The position numbers were made by a program, and so were the translations under genes. A stretch of 61,963 bases of DNA, counting the filler, from Nitrospirae bacterium CG2_30_53_67 (GTDB taxonomy: Bacteria; CG2-30-53-67), in assembly GCA_001873285.1 (NCBI GenBank). It is 6 parts of 6 records of this genome, joined end to end, with 100 filler letters (N's around TTAATTAATTAA, not from the genome) between each part and the next. Parts side by side here need not be neighbours in the genome. Positions count along the whole stretch, not along the records: positions 1 to 16,398 come from MNYV01000123.1; 5 more parts are not named here. One strand, 5' to 3'. This document shows, in pieces, positions 1 to 9,420 of the stretch. How positions within the stretch are numbered: position 1 is the first letter of the stretch; each line of letters begins with the position of its first letter. Under the pieces are notes generated by a model that saw only the letters and a list, made by a program, of their open reading frames with translations, was not told the DNA's origin and searched no databases.

Positions 1-183
1 AGTCTTATCAATGATGTTTGGAGATTTACAAATTGTGAATTGGAGACACAAGTATTACTCGCTGAAGATCTTGGTTATATCAGGGATGAGAAGTTAAAGA
101 GACTTAAGAGTGATATCGAGGAGGTTGAGCGGATGCTCAAGGCACTGATCAAATCACTGGAAAACAAACACTTGACCCCTTGA
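1..183 (+). CDS. Four-helix-bundle protein (23S rRNA IVP/Avd-like family), C-terminal part; 5' end outside the window or truncated
   Basis: Frame +1 is open from base 1: ...NCELETQVLLAEDLGYIRDEKLKRLKSDIEEVERMLKALIKSLENKHLTP*. ELETQ..LxxDLGY and ERMLxxLIKSL resemble this family. Not in the ORF track. Confidence 0.75.
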   Translation, partial: SLINDVWRFTNCELETQVLLAEDLGYIRDEKLKRLKSDIEEVERMLKALIKSLENKHLTP

Positions 184-231
184 ACCCTGGAATCCTCGAA
201 CCCTTTTTACCCACTAATTTGGAGATGAACC
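169..231. repeat. 8-nt tandem-repeat element, C-rich right arm (copy A)
   Basis: CACTTGACCCCTTGAACCCTGGAATCCTCGAACCC followed by ACCCAC-N-TGGAGATGAACC; overlaps the four-helix-bundle stop codon. Confidence 0.85.
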
Positions 232-330
232 AGAAAAAGAGATGGGCTTTAAGTTCTCCCCTCCGATCCAGCGAAGGGGGGAAACTGCAGGCAGGATGAG
301 AAACCCTTTCTTGAAACGAGTGACACGAAT

Positions 331-747
331 ATGGCTGTTATTCGATTCGGCATATCGCTTGAAAAACCGCTGCTTGAACGGTTCGACAGGCAGATCAGAA
401 AAAAAGGCTATGCGAGCCGAAGCGAGGCCATCAGGGACCTGATCAGGGACAGCCTTGTGACGGAGGAATGGGAGTCGGCCACTGCCGAGACCGTCGGAAC
501 GATCACCATCGTCTATTCGCATGAGACCCATGAGCTTACAGACACCCTTACGGATCTTCAGCACCGGTATTTTTATTCGATCATTTCTTCCATGCACATC
601 CACCTCGACGAGCACAACTGCCTTGAAGTCATCGTGGTCAAAGGCAAGGCAAAGGATATAAGAGCCATTGCCGACAAATTGATCGGGACCAAGGGGGTGA
701 AGCATGGGAAACTCTCGGTGACCACAACCGGAAAACACCTCAAGTAA
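331..747 (+). CDS. nikR: Nickel-responsive regulator NikR
   Basis: N-terminal ribbon-helix-helix ([17 protein letters not shown]) and [11 protein letters not shown]i site; adjacent to the Ni transporter genes. Confidence 0.96.
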   Translation: MAVIRFGISLEKPLLERFDRQIRKKGYASRSEAIRDLIRDSLVTEEWESATAETVGTITIVYSHETHELTDTLTDLQHRYFYSIISSMHIHLDEHNCLEVIVVKGKAKDIRAIADKLIGTKGVKHGKLSVTTTGKHLK

Positions 748-756
748 ATTTTTTTC

Positions 757-791
757 TTGACAAGGTAACACGAATAATATAATGGTAACAC
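757..791 (+). promoter_or_regulatory. sigma70-like promoter overlapped by a putative NikR operator
   Basis: TTGACA 757-762, TATAAT 778-783 (15-nt spacer); GTAACAC-N13-GTAACAC at 765-791. Confidence 0.6.
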
Positions 792-793
792 TT

Positions 794-958
794 GATCGGA
801 ATCCTGATCCATCATCCCATACGGATCCGGCATTTATCATCGGGGGATTGATTTACTCTGTTTCGGAGAATCTTGAGATCAATTTCGGGATTAAGCGCGG
901 ACTCAACAAACCCGAAACTGACGATTCGGTTCTCGCGGGCATAACCTGGAGGTTCTAA
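794..958 (+). pseudogene. C-terminal remnant of an outer-membrane beta-barrel transporter
   Basis: Reads DRNPDPSSHTDPAFIIGGLIYSVSENLEINFGIKRGLNKPETDDSVLAGITWRF*, with amphipathic strands and a terminal Phe. Its TAA overlaps the nikM ATG (TAATG). No N-terminus or RBS. Confidence 0.65.
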
Positions 959-1644
959 TGCATATCCCCGACGGTTACTTGAGCCCTCAGACCTATGTCC
1001 CACTCTACGGGGCGTCGTTTGTGTTCTGGTCCGTTGCCCTGAGGAAGATCAAGCAGGACCTTTCCACAAAGCAGATTCCGTACCTTGCGATGGCTGCTGC
1101 TTTTTCTTTCCTCATCATGATGTTTAATGTCCCCATCCCCGGAGGAACCACGGGCCATGCGGTCGGGGCGGGCATGATCGCCATCCTCCTCGGACCGTGG
1201 ACGGCGGTCATCGCCGTGTCCGTTGTCCTGATCATTCAGGCCGTGGTCTTCGGTGATGGAGGAATCACCACGATCGGCGCAAACTGCTTCAACATGGCGG
1301 TGGTGATGCCGTTTATCTCCTACTGGGTGTTCAAGGCCGTCAGTGGGAAGTCAAAGAATCCATCTCGGTTATTCCCTGCCGCCTTTCTATCCGGGTATGC
1401 CGGACTTTCCGGCGCAGCGATTGTGACGGCGATCGAGTTCGGCATCCAACCTTTAATTGCCCACGGCGCCGACGGGAGGCCTCTCTACGCCCCCTATCCG
1501 CTGTCGGTTGCCCTTCCTGCTATGGCATTGGAACATCTGCTTTTGTTCAGTGTGATCGAAGGCGTCGTAACCTTTTTGCTGTTCCGGTATTTTCTTAAGT
1601 ACGAGCCGGATTTGGTTTATGCATTATCGGAGACGAAAGTTTGA
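958..1644 (+). CDS. nikM: ECF Ni/Co transporter S component NikM/CbiM
   Basis: N-terminal MHIPDGYL (NikM type); GGTTGH; FGDGG. Confidence 0.93.
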   Translation: MHIPDGYLSPQTYVPLYGASFVFWSVALRKIKQDLSTKQIPYLAMAAAFSFLIMMFNVPIPGGTTGHAVGAGMIAILLGPWTAVIAVSVVLIIQAVVFGDGGITTIGANCFNMAVVMPFISYWVFKAVSGKSKNPSRLFPAAFLSGYAGLSGAAIVTAIEFGIQPLIAHGADGRPLYAPYPLSVALPAMALEHLLLFSVIEGVVTFLLFRYFLKYEPDLVYALSETKV

Positions 1645-1645
1645 G

Positions 1646-1981
1646 ATGACACGGTTTCAGAGAAATCTCTGGATAGGACTCATCCTCATGGCGCTTCTCT
1701 CCCCGCTGGGTATCCTTCTGCCCGGAAGATTCCATGCAGAAGATGCATGGGGTGAATGGGGGATGAATACCATGGAGAAACTTCTGGGGTATGTCCCGCA
1801 AGGCTTGAAGAAATATTCCGAACTCTGGAAGGCTCCCATACCCGATTACAACTTCTGCAGTGAGAACGCCTCCATGACTTTCCAAATAGTCTCCTATATG
1901 ATTTCGGGTTTTCTGGGCATTCTTGCAACAGCGCTGATTGTATTCTTGATTTCGAGGTTTCTAATCAAACATGAAAAGTAA
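1646..1981 (+). CDS. nikN: NikN-like (PDGLE-type) membrane component
   Basis: Two TM segments, AWGEW and APIPDY motifs; lies between nikM and nikQ. Start chosen at ATG 1646. Confidence 0.8.
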   Translation: MTRFQRNLWIGLILMALLSPLGILLPGRFHAEDAWGEWGMNTMEKLLGYVPQGLKKYSELWKAPIPDYNFCSENASMTFQIVSYMISGFLGILATALIVFLISRFLIKHEK

Positions 1982-2894
1982 TATACCCTCATTCTTGCTG
2001 GAAAAACCGCGCCTGAGGTTCCCGGAAAAGACGGGAAAGGTTTCAAGACCCTCCTTTCTTGAAAAAGGGGTGCGGCAGTTCTCCAAATTGATCAGGACCA
2101 CCTATGTCCAGTGGGAGACCGCTAAGCAGGAAGGCTTTTCCCAGAGACTTGATGCAAGGGTAAAGGTTTTGTTTCTGATATTTTTTCTGGTCATCGTCAG
2201 CGTAAAGAAGGATATCCTTCCGGAAGTGCTCATCGGCGCTTTTGTCTTTTTGCTTGCCGCCGCGTCAAAACTGAACCTTGCCGGTTTCTATCGAAGGGCG
2301 CTTTTCTTTGGCTTTGTGTTCGGATTCCTGATTGCCCTTCCTTCGTCCCTGAATATCATAACCCAGGGAGAGGTGATGATTCCGCTGTGTAAGCTTTCAA
2401 GGCCGTATGACTTCTGGATTTATCATGTCCCCGCAAGCATAGGCATGACACGGGAGGGACTGCTCAGCGTTGCCCTTTTGACGCTGCGGGTTGTGAATTC
2501 CATCTCTCTTTCTTTTCTCGTGATCTATACGACCTCGTTTCCCGAGATCATCAGGGCTTTAAAGATCTTCAAGGCGCCGGATGCCTTTCTGATGGTGCTC
2601 ACACTGACTTACAAGTCTATCTTCATCTTTGCGCAAGGTGTCGAAGAGATGCATCTTGCGAAGAAAGGGAGGACGGTGGGCGCGGCTGCTTCGGATGCAA
2701 GGACCTGGGCCGCAGGCAGGATGGCCATCCTGTTCAGGAAAACCCGGATCCGGTGTGAAGAGGTATTCATGGCCATGCAAGGCAGGGGATTTTCGGGTGA
2801 GATCGTGATCTATGCCCCTGCGAAGTTCACGGTCCCGGACTTATTCGCGGGCCTCTTTTTTTTCGTGATCGGTCTTGGGTTTCTCTTATGGTGA
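1971..2894 (+). CDS. nikQ: ECF transporter T component NikQ/CbiQ
   Basis: LDARVK near the N-terminus, several TMs, AMQGRGF motif. Confidence 0.88.
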   Translation: MKSNIPSFLLEKPRLRFPEKTGKVSRPSFLEKGVRQFSKLIRTTYVQWETAKQEGFSQRLDARVKVLFLIFFLVIVSVKKDILPEVLIGAFVFLLAAASKLNLAGFYRRALFFGFVFGFLIALPSSLNIITQGEVMIPLCKLSRPYDFWIYHVPASIGMTREGLLSVALLTLRVVNSISLSFLVIYTTSFPEIIRALKIFKAPDAFLMVLTLTYKSIFIFAQGVEEMHLAKKGRTVGAAASDARTWAAGRMAILFRKTRIRCEEVFMAMQGRGFSGEIVIYAPAKFTVPDLFAGLFFFVIGLGFLLW

Positions 2895-3727
2895 GGTCTA
2901 TGAACGATATCATCCATGCCGAGGAAATTCGTTACAGCTACCACCGGCAATTTGAGGCGCTGGCGGACGTGAGCGTGAAGATTAAACAAGGAGGAAAACT
3001 CGCTGTCATCGGCGCGAATGGATGCGGGAAAACAACCCTTTTGCAGATTTTGGGCGGGCTGAGACATCCCTCCTCCGGACGCGTCTTCTACAGGGGACGG
3101 GAGGTCACCGAGGCTTCATTGAAGGAGAGGGAATTTCTGCGGGTCTTCAGGCAAGGGGTGGGCTATATATTTCAAGACGCGGATGTTCAGTTGTTCTCCC
3201 CGACGGTGTTTGATGAACTGCTCTTTGGGCCCGTGCAACTGGGCATTGAGGAAGATGAGGCTATAGAAAGAGTGCATGGCGTCATGAGAATGCTGGAAAT
3301 AGAAAACCTCAAGGAGAGGCCTTCCTACATGCTTTCCGGAGGCGAGAAGAAGCGGGTGGCGATCGGTTCGGTGCTCACCATGAATCCCGAAGTCCTCCTC
3401 CTTGACGAGCCGACCAACGGCCTCGATCCGAGGACGGAGTGCTTTCTCGTGGAACTCATGCTTGCGCTGAACGCGGCCGGGAAAACCATTGTCGTGGCCA
3501 CGCACGATCTCTCGCTCGTTGACGAATTACAGGCCGACGTGGCGGTCCTCTCCGAGGAGCACAGGATGGAGAGGATCGGCGCCGCAGGCGAGATCCTCAA
3601 GGACCAGGAACTGCTTCTCAAGGTCAATCTCATCCATGAGCATGTTCACCTTCATGGCGCCCATGCGCACAAGCATATCCATTCACATTTTCTCTTTCAC
3701 CGCCACGACGGCGGGAATGAACCCTAG
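2888..3727 (+). CDS. nikO: ECF ATPase NikO/CbiO with His-rich C-terminal tail
   Basis: GANGCGKT, LSGGEKK, LLLDEP; tail HEHVHLHGAHAHKHIHSH. Confidence 0.92.
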   Translation: MVRSMNDIIHAEEIRYSYHRQFEALADVSVKIKQGGKLAVIGANGCGKTTLLQILGGLRHPSSGRVFYRGREVTEASLKEREFLRVFRQGVGYIFQDADVQLFSPTVFDELLFGPVQLGIEEDEAIERVHGVMRMLEIENLKERPSYMLSGGEKKRVAIGSVLTMNPEVLLLDEPTNGLDPRTECFLVELMLALNAAGKTIVVATHDLSLVDELQADVAVLSEEHRMERIGAAGEILKDQELLLKVNLIHEHVHLHGAHAHKHIHSHFLFHRHDGGNEP

Positions 3728-3781
3728 GACAGAGTGACGGACATGGATTCATATGCAGTCGTGTAAGAGAGAATGATCAGA

Positions 3782-4996
3782 TCAGAACTGCCTATGGTAT
3801 TCCCTGACCTTCCTGGCAAAGTCCTTTCCGAATTCATAGCATCTCGATTCGTCTTCAGCGCCGGGCCTGTAGCGCACCTCAACTCCAGGCTCCACCATCT
3901 GAAGGCCCATTCTCTTTAACTCGGCATAGGCCTCTTTGACGCCGCCTCCGCCCCATCCGAAGCTCCCGAAGGCCCCGACGATCCTGTTTTTGGGCCTCAA
4001 CCCACGAAGGTGAGCGAGGAACTCGGCCACCGAAGGGAACATGATGTTGTTTAACGTGGGGGTTCCGAACAGAGATCCTCTCGCCTTCCAGAACTCCTTG
4101 ATGGCGATACTCATGGGAGTGGCCCTGAGCTTGATTACCTTGACCTCCATGTTTTCATCCTGGATCCCCTGCATCAAAGGCTGGGTCATGAGCGCTGTGC
4201 TCTTCCACATGGTGTCATAGATGATGACCACCCGTTCGTCCGCTCGGCCGCCGGCCATGTCCAGATACATGTTGATGATTTTTCCGGGGTCCGCCCTCCA
4301 GATGATTCCATGATCCGGGGCGATCATCTCGATCTTGAGCCCGAGCTTTTGGATCTCGGCGATCTTGGCCTTGATCAGGGAGCCGAAGGGCATGAGGATG
4401 TTCGCATAGTAGTCCTTGACCGAATCTTCGAGTTCATAGACCGAGTAACAGGTTAAGAATTCGTCGTCGAACCGGCCGGACGTGGCGTAATGCTGCCCGA
4501 AGGCGTCCTGGCTGATGAGAAGGCCGTCTTCCCTGACATAGGTCATCATGGAATCGGGCCAGTGGAGCATGGGTGTCTCCAGAAACATGAGGGTTTTCCT
4601 GCCGGTGTTCAGGGTATCCCCGCTCTTGACGATTTTGAAGGTCCAGCGCGATGTATCATAGCATCGGTCCAGCCCCTGCTTCCCTTTGGATGTAATAAAG
4701 ATGACGGCCTTGGGCGCAAGCTCCATGACCTTGTCCAGGCTGCCGGCATGGTCCGGTTCGATATGATTGATGATGACATACTCGATCTTGCCCGGATCAA
4801 CCATATTGCGGATATTCTCCAGCATCGTCTTTGAAAAGTTTTCCTTGACCGTGTCAATGAGCGTGACTTTTTCATCCAGGATAAGGTAGTTGTTGTAGGT
4901 GGTTCCGTTGGGGGTCACATAGCCGTGGAAATCCCTGACCCCCCAGTCAATGACGCCTACCCAGAAGATCCCCGGTTTGATTTCAGTTGATTTCAT
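3782..4996 (-). CDS. fprA: Flavodiiron protein (FprA/ROO)
   Basis: HIEPDH, HWPD, DAFGQH, PDHG and a flavodoxin domain (FGSFGWGG). Confidence 0.95.
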   Translation of the reverse strand: MKSTEIKPGIFWVGVIDWGVRDFHGYVTPNGTTYNNYLILDEKVTLIDTVKENFSKTMLENIRNMVDPGKIEYVIINHIEPDHAGSLDKVMELAPKAVIFITSKGKQGLDRCYDTSRWTFKIVKSGDTLNTGRKTLMFLETPMLHWPDSMMTYVREDGLLISQDAFGQHYATSGRFDDEFLTCYSVYELEDSVKDYYANILMPFGSLIKAKIAEIQKLGLKIEMIAPDHGIIWRADPGKIINMYLDMAGGRADERVVIIYDTMWKSTALMTQPLMQGIQDENMEVKVIKLRATPMSIAIKEFWKARGSLFGTPTLNNIMFPSVAEFLAHLRGLRPKNRIVGAFGSFGWGGGGVKEAYAELKRMGLQMVEPGVEVRYRPGAEDESRCYEFGKDFARKVREYHRQF

Positions 4997-5030
4997 GAAT
5001 ACCTCCCTTAGTTATTTTATATCAAAACTT

Positions 5031-5073
5031 AACCACAGAGAACACAGAGTCTTTCTCTCGGCACTCTGTGGTT
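5031..5073. repeat. 9-nt-unit hairpin repeat (ACCACAGAG/CTCTGTGGT family)
   Basis: AACCACAGAGAACACAGAG...CACTCTGTGGTT. Confidence 0.8.
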
Positions 5074-5409
5074 TCATCTCTCATGGAATGTAATATAAAG
5101 TTCCGGGACGTTCAAGAACTTTTTGTGCCTATCGCTGTTTCGGGGCCGGCCCTGAAGTTGACAGACGTCGGAAACATTATTAATATGTTAAAAATACCGT
5201 GACTTTTTGGGCCGCATGGGTGCGGGAAGCCGCTGATCAGGCTATAAATGATAATAATATCAGCGAGTTGTAAGTGTTTATTTATTTTTTTGATTTTTTT
5301 TGCAAAAATAAATATCAGTGGTATACTTTAAATCCTTTTCATTCGTACCACGGATTCAACGACTATTCACAGAACGGGGATAGAGAATGCTCATCATAGG
5401 TCGTTCTGA

Positions 5410-6420
5410 ATGACGGGGTTTCAAAAGAAAATCGAACTGCTGAAGAAGATGGTCGTTCCTTCCAGACGGGTACTGATTCTGACTCATGATAACCCGGACC
5501 CTGATGCCATTGCCGCCGCCTTCGGGTTTAAATATTTTCTCAAGGAGCAGTTCGGCCAGGAAAGCATCATCTCTTACGGCGGGATCGTGGGCCGCGCCGA
5601 GAATCAGTCGATGATCCAGCACCTCAAGATTCCCATGACCCCTGTAGATCAGATCCGTTTCCAGGATGATCTTTTCATGGTCCTGATGGATACTCAGCCC
5701 AGGACCGGGAACAACTCCCTCCCCGATACGGTCGTGCCGGACGTCGTGATCGACCACCACCCTCTTCGTGAGGAAACCAAGAAGGTCCCGTTTTCCGACG
5801 TGCGGGAAGAGGCCGGGTCGTGCTCCAGTATCATCACCTCTTATCTGAGGGAGGCCGGGATCGGGATCCAGCCGAGGCTGGCCACGGCGCTCTATTACGG
5901 GATCAAATCCGACACGAATGACTTTGGAAGGAACGCGGATGCCCTGGATCAGGAAAGTTATCTTTTTCTGTTTCCCAAGGTGCAGAGGGACATCCTGAAC
6001 CGGATCATCCATCCCAAGGTCTCGGCGGAGTATTTCAGGATATTAAACCGGGCGTTCAAGAAGGCCCGCATACACGGTTCGTCGTTGGTCACCTCCATCG
6101 GGCGGACCAGGAATCCGGACATGGTGGCCGAGGTCGCCGACATGCTCCTCCGTCATGAGGGTGTGGAATGGGTGCTGGTCATGGGGATCTTCCGGAAGGC
6201 CATGATCCTTTCCGTGCGGACGAGCGACATGCGGGGCGGCGCGGGAGACCTGGTGCAGGGCATGGTACGGGGCATGGGCAAGGCCGGAGGCCATGGGATG
6301 ATGGCCGGCGGCAAGATAGACATGAAGGATGGACTGAAGCAGGAACTGGAAGAGATGCTTCAGGAAAGGTTTCTGAAAAAGGTCGGGGATATCAACCAGC
6401 CCGCCGAGGCGCTGGTATAG
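5410..6420 (+). CDS. DHH/DHHA1 family phosphoesterase
   Basis: HDNPDPDA, IDHH, SDT, GGH motifs. Confidence 0.92.
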   Translation: MTGFQKKIELLKKMVVPSRRVLILTHDNPDPDAIAAAFGFKYFLKEQFGQESIISYGGIVGRAENQSMIQHLKIPMTPVDQIRFQDDLFMVLMDTQPRTGNNSLPDTVVPDVVIDHHPLREETKKVPFSDVREEAGSCSSIITSYLREAGIGIQPRLATALYYGIKSDTNDFGRNADALDQESYLFLFPKVQRDILNRIIHPKVSAEYFRILNRAFKKARIHGSSLVTSIGRTRNPDMVAEVADMLLRHEGVEWVLVMGIFRKAMILSVRTSDMRGGAGDLVQGMVRGMGKAGGHGMMAGGKIDMKDGLKQELEEMLQERFLKKVGDINQPAEALV

Positions 6421-6438
6421 ATTCAATCGGGATCCGGA

Positions 6439-6942
6439 ATGGACAAGGAATCGTTGGTTCAGATCATTCAGAGGGCCGTTCAGACCGAGAAGGACGGGAA
6501 CCTCTTTTACAGCCGTGCGGCCGGCGCCATCCGTGATCCCAAGGCAAAAAAGATGTTCGAGCTGTTGGCCAGGGACGAACTTTACCACGTGAAAATCATC
6601 GAGGATCTCTACCGGGACCTATTGACGGGCGGTAACATAGAGGCTGTAAAGGGCTATCCGATCTTTGAAAAAAGAGATGAGAACTTCAGGGAGGAGATCT
6701 CGAATTCCGGGAGCGAAGCAGATGTTCTTGAGCAGGCCATCGGAGATGAGATGGCGTCGAAAGATTTTTATCGGGAGGCGGCGGAGGTCCTGGAACCGGG
6801 GGAGGAGAAAGAAATCTTTCTGGATCTGATGGAGATGGAGGAAGGGCATATCCGGCTGCTGAAAGCGGAACTCGACTTCCTGAAAAAAACCGGAATCTAT
6901 TTTGATCCTACGGAATTCCCTGTAGAGGGTGAAAAGGAGTGA
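6439..6942 (+). CDS. Ferritin-like (rubrerythrin-domain) protein
   Basis: Two E..FY..ExxH half-sites (DELYH, EEGH). Confidence 0.88.
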   Translation: MDKESLVQIIQRAVQTEKDGNLFYSRAAGAIRDPKAKKMFELLARDELYHVKIIEDLYRDLLTGGNIEAVKGYPIFEKRDENFREEISNSGSEADVLEQAIGDEMASKDFYREAAEVLEPGEEKEIFLDLMEMEEGHIRLLKAELDFLKKTGIYFDPTEFPVEGEKE

Positions 6943-7102
6943 TGCCCCAATAAACAAAGTGCTCCTCGGTCTTTTACGGCACAGCCTCGTTTCGAGGGGC
7001 GTGAAGGACGAGGTTCTCTGAGGTGGGATATTTCTTAAGTTACAGCCTGAGGTTTTTGGATTTTGAATCTATCCGGGTCAACAAAGCCATGAGGAGAAGG
7101 GT

Positions 7103-7315
7103 ATGAATTGTCCAAAATGCGGTGCGGCGAAGATGTCCATGGACAAGCCCGTCTATTTTAACGGGGACAATCATGAAGGGGATTTTCTTTATGCCGAAGA
7201 GATCCGCCGGTGCCGGATCTGCGGCAAGGTCGTCTTCGCCAAGAAAAATCTTAAGAAATCCAGAAAGAAGTTCATTAAAGGGCAGGTGATTACGGGAGGT
7301 TATGAAAACCTGTAA
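7103..7315 (+). CDS. Small zinc-ribbon protein with basic tail
   Basis: CPKC...CRIC; GAGGAG RBS; upstream of the rubredoxins. Confidence 0.65.
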   Translation: MNCPKCGAAKMSMDKPVYFNGDNHEGDFLYAEEIRRCRICGKVVFAKKNLKKSRKKFIKGQVITGGYENL

Positions 7316-7336
7316 TATCAAGATAAGGAGGGCAAA

Positions 7337-7498
7337 ATGAGAAAATGGAAGTGCACGGTCTGCGGCTATATCTACGATCCTGATGCAGGCGATCCTGACA
7401 GCGGAATCGCGGCTGGGACGGCCTTTGAAGATCTTCCGGATGATTGGCGCTGCCCGGTCTGCGGCGCCGCCAAGAGCGAGTTCGAACTGGAGGAATAA
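7337..7498 (+). CDS. rub: Rubredoxin (53 aa)
   Basis: [15 protein letters not shown]...[25 protein letters not shown]; below the ORF-track cutoff. Confidence 0.95.
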   Translation: MRKWKCTVCGYIYDPDAGDPDSGIAAGTAFEDLPDDWRCPVCGAAKSEFELEE

Positions 7499-7522
7499 GG
7501 CCTGGGGTAGTCTTAAAAGCTG

Positions 7523-7564
7523 ACCACAGAGTGCACAGAGAAAGACTCTGTGTTCTCTGTGATT
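7523..7564. repeat. 9-nt-unit hairpin repeat
   Basis: ACCACAGAGTGCACAGAG AAAGA CTCTGTGTTCTCTGTG. Confidence 0.8.
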
Positions 7565-7604
7565 AGGTTTTAATAATGCGGGTCCGGGAAGAGGGGGAAC
7601 GGGA

Positions 7605-7763
7605 ATGAGAAGCTATCGATGCAGGATGTGTGATTACGTGTATGATCCGGATGAAGGGGACATGGACAGCGGGATTGAGCCCGGCACCTTGTTCGATGAA
7701 CTTCCCACAGCATGGGTCTGCCCCGCCTGCGGCGCCGGCCGGGAGGAATTCGAGAGGCTTTAG
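7605..7763 (+). CDS. rub: Second rubredoxin (52 aa)
   Basis: [15 protein letters not shown]...[15 protein letters not shown]; below the ORF-track cutoff. Confidence 0.93.
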   Translation: MRSYRCRMCDYVYDPDEGDMDSGIEPGTLFDELPTAWVCPACGAGREEFERL

Positions 7764-7769
7764 GAAAAT

Positions 7770-9401
7770 ATGAAGTCATCAGAACTTTTTGTGAAGTGCC
7801 TGGAAAATGAAGGGGTCCGCTATATCTTCGGTCTGCCCGGCGAAGAGAATATGGATATCCTGGACGCCCTGTTTGACTCCCCGATTGAGTTTGTCTGCAC
7901 CCGCCAGGAACAGGGCGCGGCCTTCATGGCCGATGTTTACGGGAGGCTGACCGGCAAGGCGGGGGTATGTCTCGCGACCCTCGGGCCCGGCGCCACCAAC
8001 CTGATGACCGGCGTGGCGGATGCCTTCCTGGACCGGTCTCCCCTGGTGGCCATTACCGGGCAGACCGGCCGCGAACTCCTGCACAAGGAATCCCACCAGA
8101 ATATCGATATTGTCCAGACGTTCAAGCAGTTCACCAAATGGAACGCCAGGGTGGGAATCTCCCGGACCATTCCGGAAGTCGTCCGCAAGGCCTTCAAGGT
8201 CTCGGAAACCGAGAAACCCGGTCCCTGCCATATCGAGATCCCCGAAGATGTCGCCGCTGAAGAGGTCGAGGGCGAACCCCTTCCGGTCACCGGTTTCAAG
8301 CGGCCCCATACCGATCACATCGTTTGCAGGAAGGCGGCAGAGATTATCCAGCAGGCCAGGAGGCCTATTCTCCTTGCAGGGAACGGGGTCATCCGGGGGC
8401 GGGCCTCGGATGCGCTCCGGAAGTTTGTGGAGAAGACGAGGATTCCCGTGGCCAACACCTTCATGAGCAAAGGGGTGCTCCCGTCGGAAAGCGAGCTTTC
8501 CCTCTCGACCATCGGGCTTCAGTCCAGGGACTTCATTTCCTGCGGTTTCGACCGGGCCGACCTGATCATCTCCGTGGGATACGATTTCGTGGAATACGCC
8601 CCTTCCTTCTGGAACAGGGGGAAGAAGCCCGTGGTTCATATTGACTTTACGCCGAGTGAAATCGATGAGTATTATATCCCCCAGGTCGAGGTGATAGGAG
8701 ACATCGCCGCGAACCTGGCCAACATGATGAATGAAATCGAACCGATTGAGCAGGATGACTTCCCGAGGCTGCTCAAGACCATGGTGGAGGATGAACTCAA
8801 AGAGTACGCAGACGACGCATCCTTCCCCCTCAAGCCCCAGAAGATCCTTTACGACATCCGAAGGATCATGGGGAGAGAGGATATCCTGATCTCGGATGTG
8901 GGGGCGCACAAGATGTGGATTGCGAGGATCTATCCTGCTGAAGAACCCAATACCACGTTGATCTCCAATGGATTCGCCGCCATGGGATTCGCCCTCCCCG
9001 GCGCCGTCTGCGCCAAGCTGATTCACCCGGAAAGGAAGGTCCTCGCCGTCTGCGGAGACGGCGGTTTCCTGATGAGCAGCCATGAGTTGGAGACTGCGGT
9101 CCGGATGAAGCTCCCTTTTGTCATTCTGATCTTCAATGACGGGAAGTACGGCCTCATCGAATGGAAACAGATCAACCGATTCGGCCGAACCTACGGCGTC
9201 TCTTTCGGGAATCCCGACTTCGTACAGTTGGCGAGATCCTTCGGCGCGGCAGGATACCGCGTCCAGACGGCACAGGAACTCCATCCGGCGCTGAAAGAGG
9301 CGTTTGCGGCCAAGGTTCCCGCGGTCGTGGATGTCCCGGTGGACTATCGGGAGAATATCAATCTCACGGAGAAGCTGGGGAGGTTGATCTGTTATATATG
9401 A
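7770..9401 (+). CDS. Acetolactate synthase large subunit (TPP enzyme)
   Basis: FGLPGEE, TLGPGATN, GDGGF..ND TPP motif; no small subunit adjacent. Confidence 0.9.
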   Translation: MKSSELFVKCLENEGVRYIFGLPGEENMDILDALFDSPIEFVCTRQEQGAAFMADVYGRLTGKAGVCLATLGPGATNLMTGVADAFLDRSPLVAITGQTGRELLHKESHQNIDIVQTFKQFTKWNARVGISRTIPEVVRKAFKVSETEKPGPCHIEIPEDVAAEEVEGEPLPVTGFKRPHTDHIVCRKAAEIIQQARRPILLAGNGVIRGRASDALRKFVEKTRIPVANTFMSKGVLPSESELSLSTIGLQSRDFISCGFDRADLIISVGYDFVEYAPSFWNRGKKPVVHIDFTPSEIDEYYIPQVEVIGDIAANLANMMNEIEPIEQDDFPRLLKTMVEDELKEYADDASFPLKPQKILYDIRRIMGREDILISDVGAHKMWIARIYPAEEPNTTLISNGFAAMGFALPGAVCAKLIHPERKVLAVCGDGGFLMSSHELETAVRMKLPFVILIFNDGKYGLIEWKQINRFGRTYGVSFGNPDFVQLARSFGAAGYRVQTAQELHPALKEAFAAKVPAVVDVPVDYRENINLTEKLGRLICYI

Positions 9402-9420
9402 TCGTTTTATTGGTTCTCTG

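Noticed and set aside
5246..5270. Fur/PerR-like box AATGATAATAATATCA between fprA and the DHH gene
   Set aside because: One base short of the 7-1-7 spacing and equally compatible with an IHF-like site; not supportable.
7779..9284. Long antisense ORFs (also 34838-36184, 36201-37292, 49724-51103)
   Set aside because: Shadows of well-supported genes in GC-rich DNA, with no motifs of their own.
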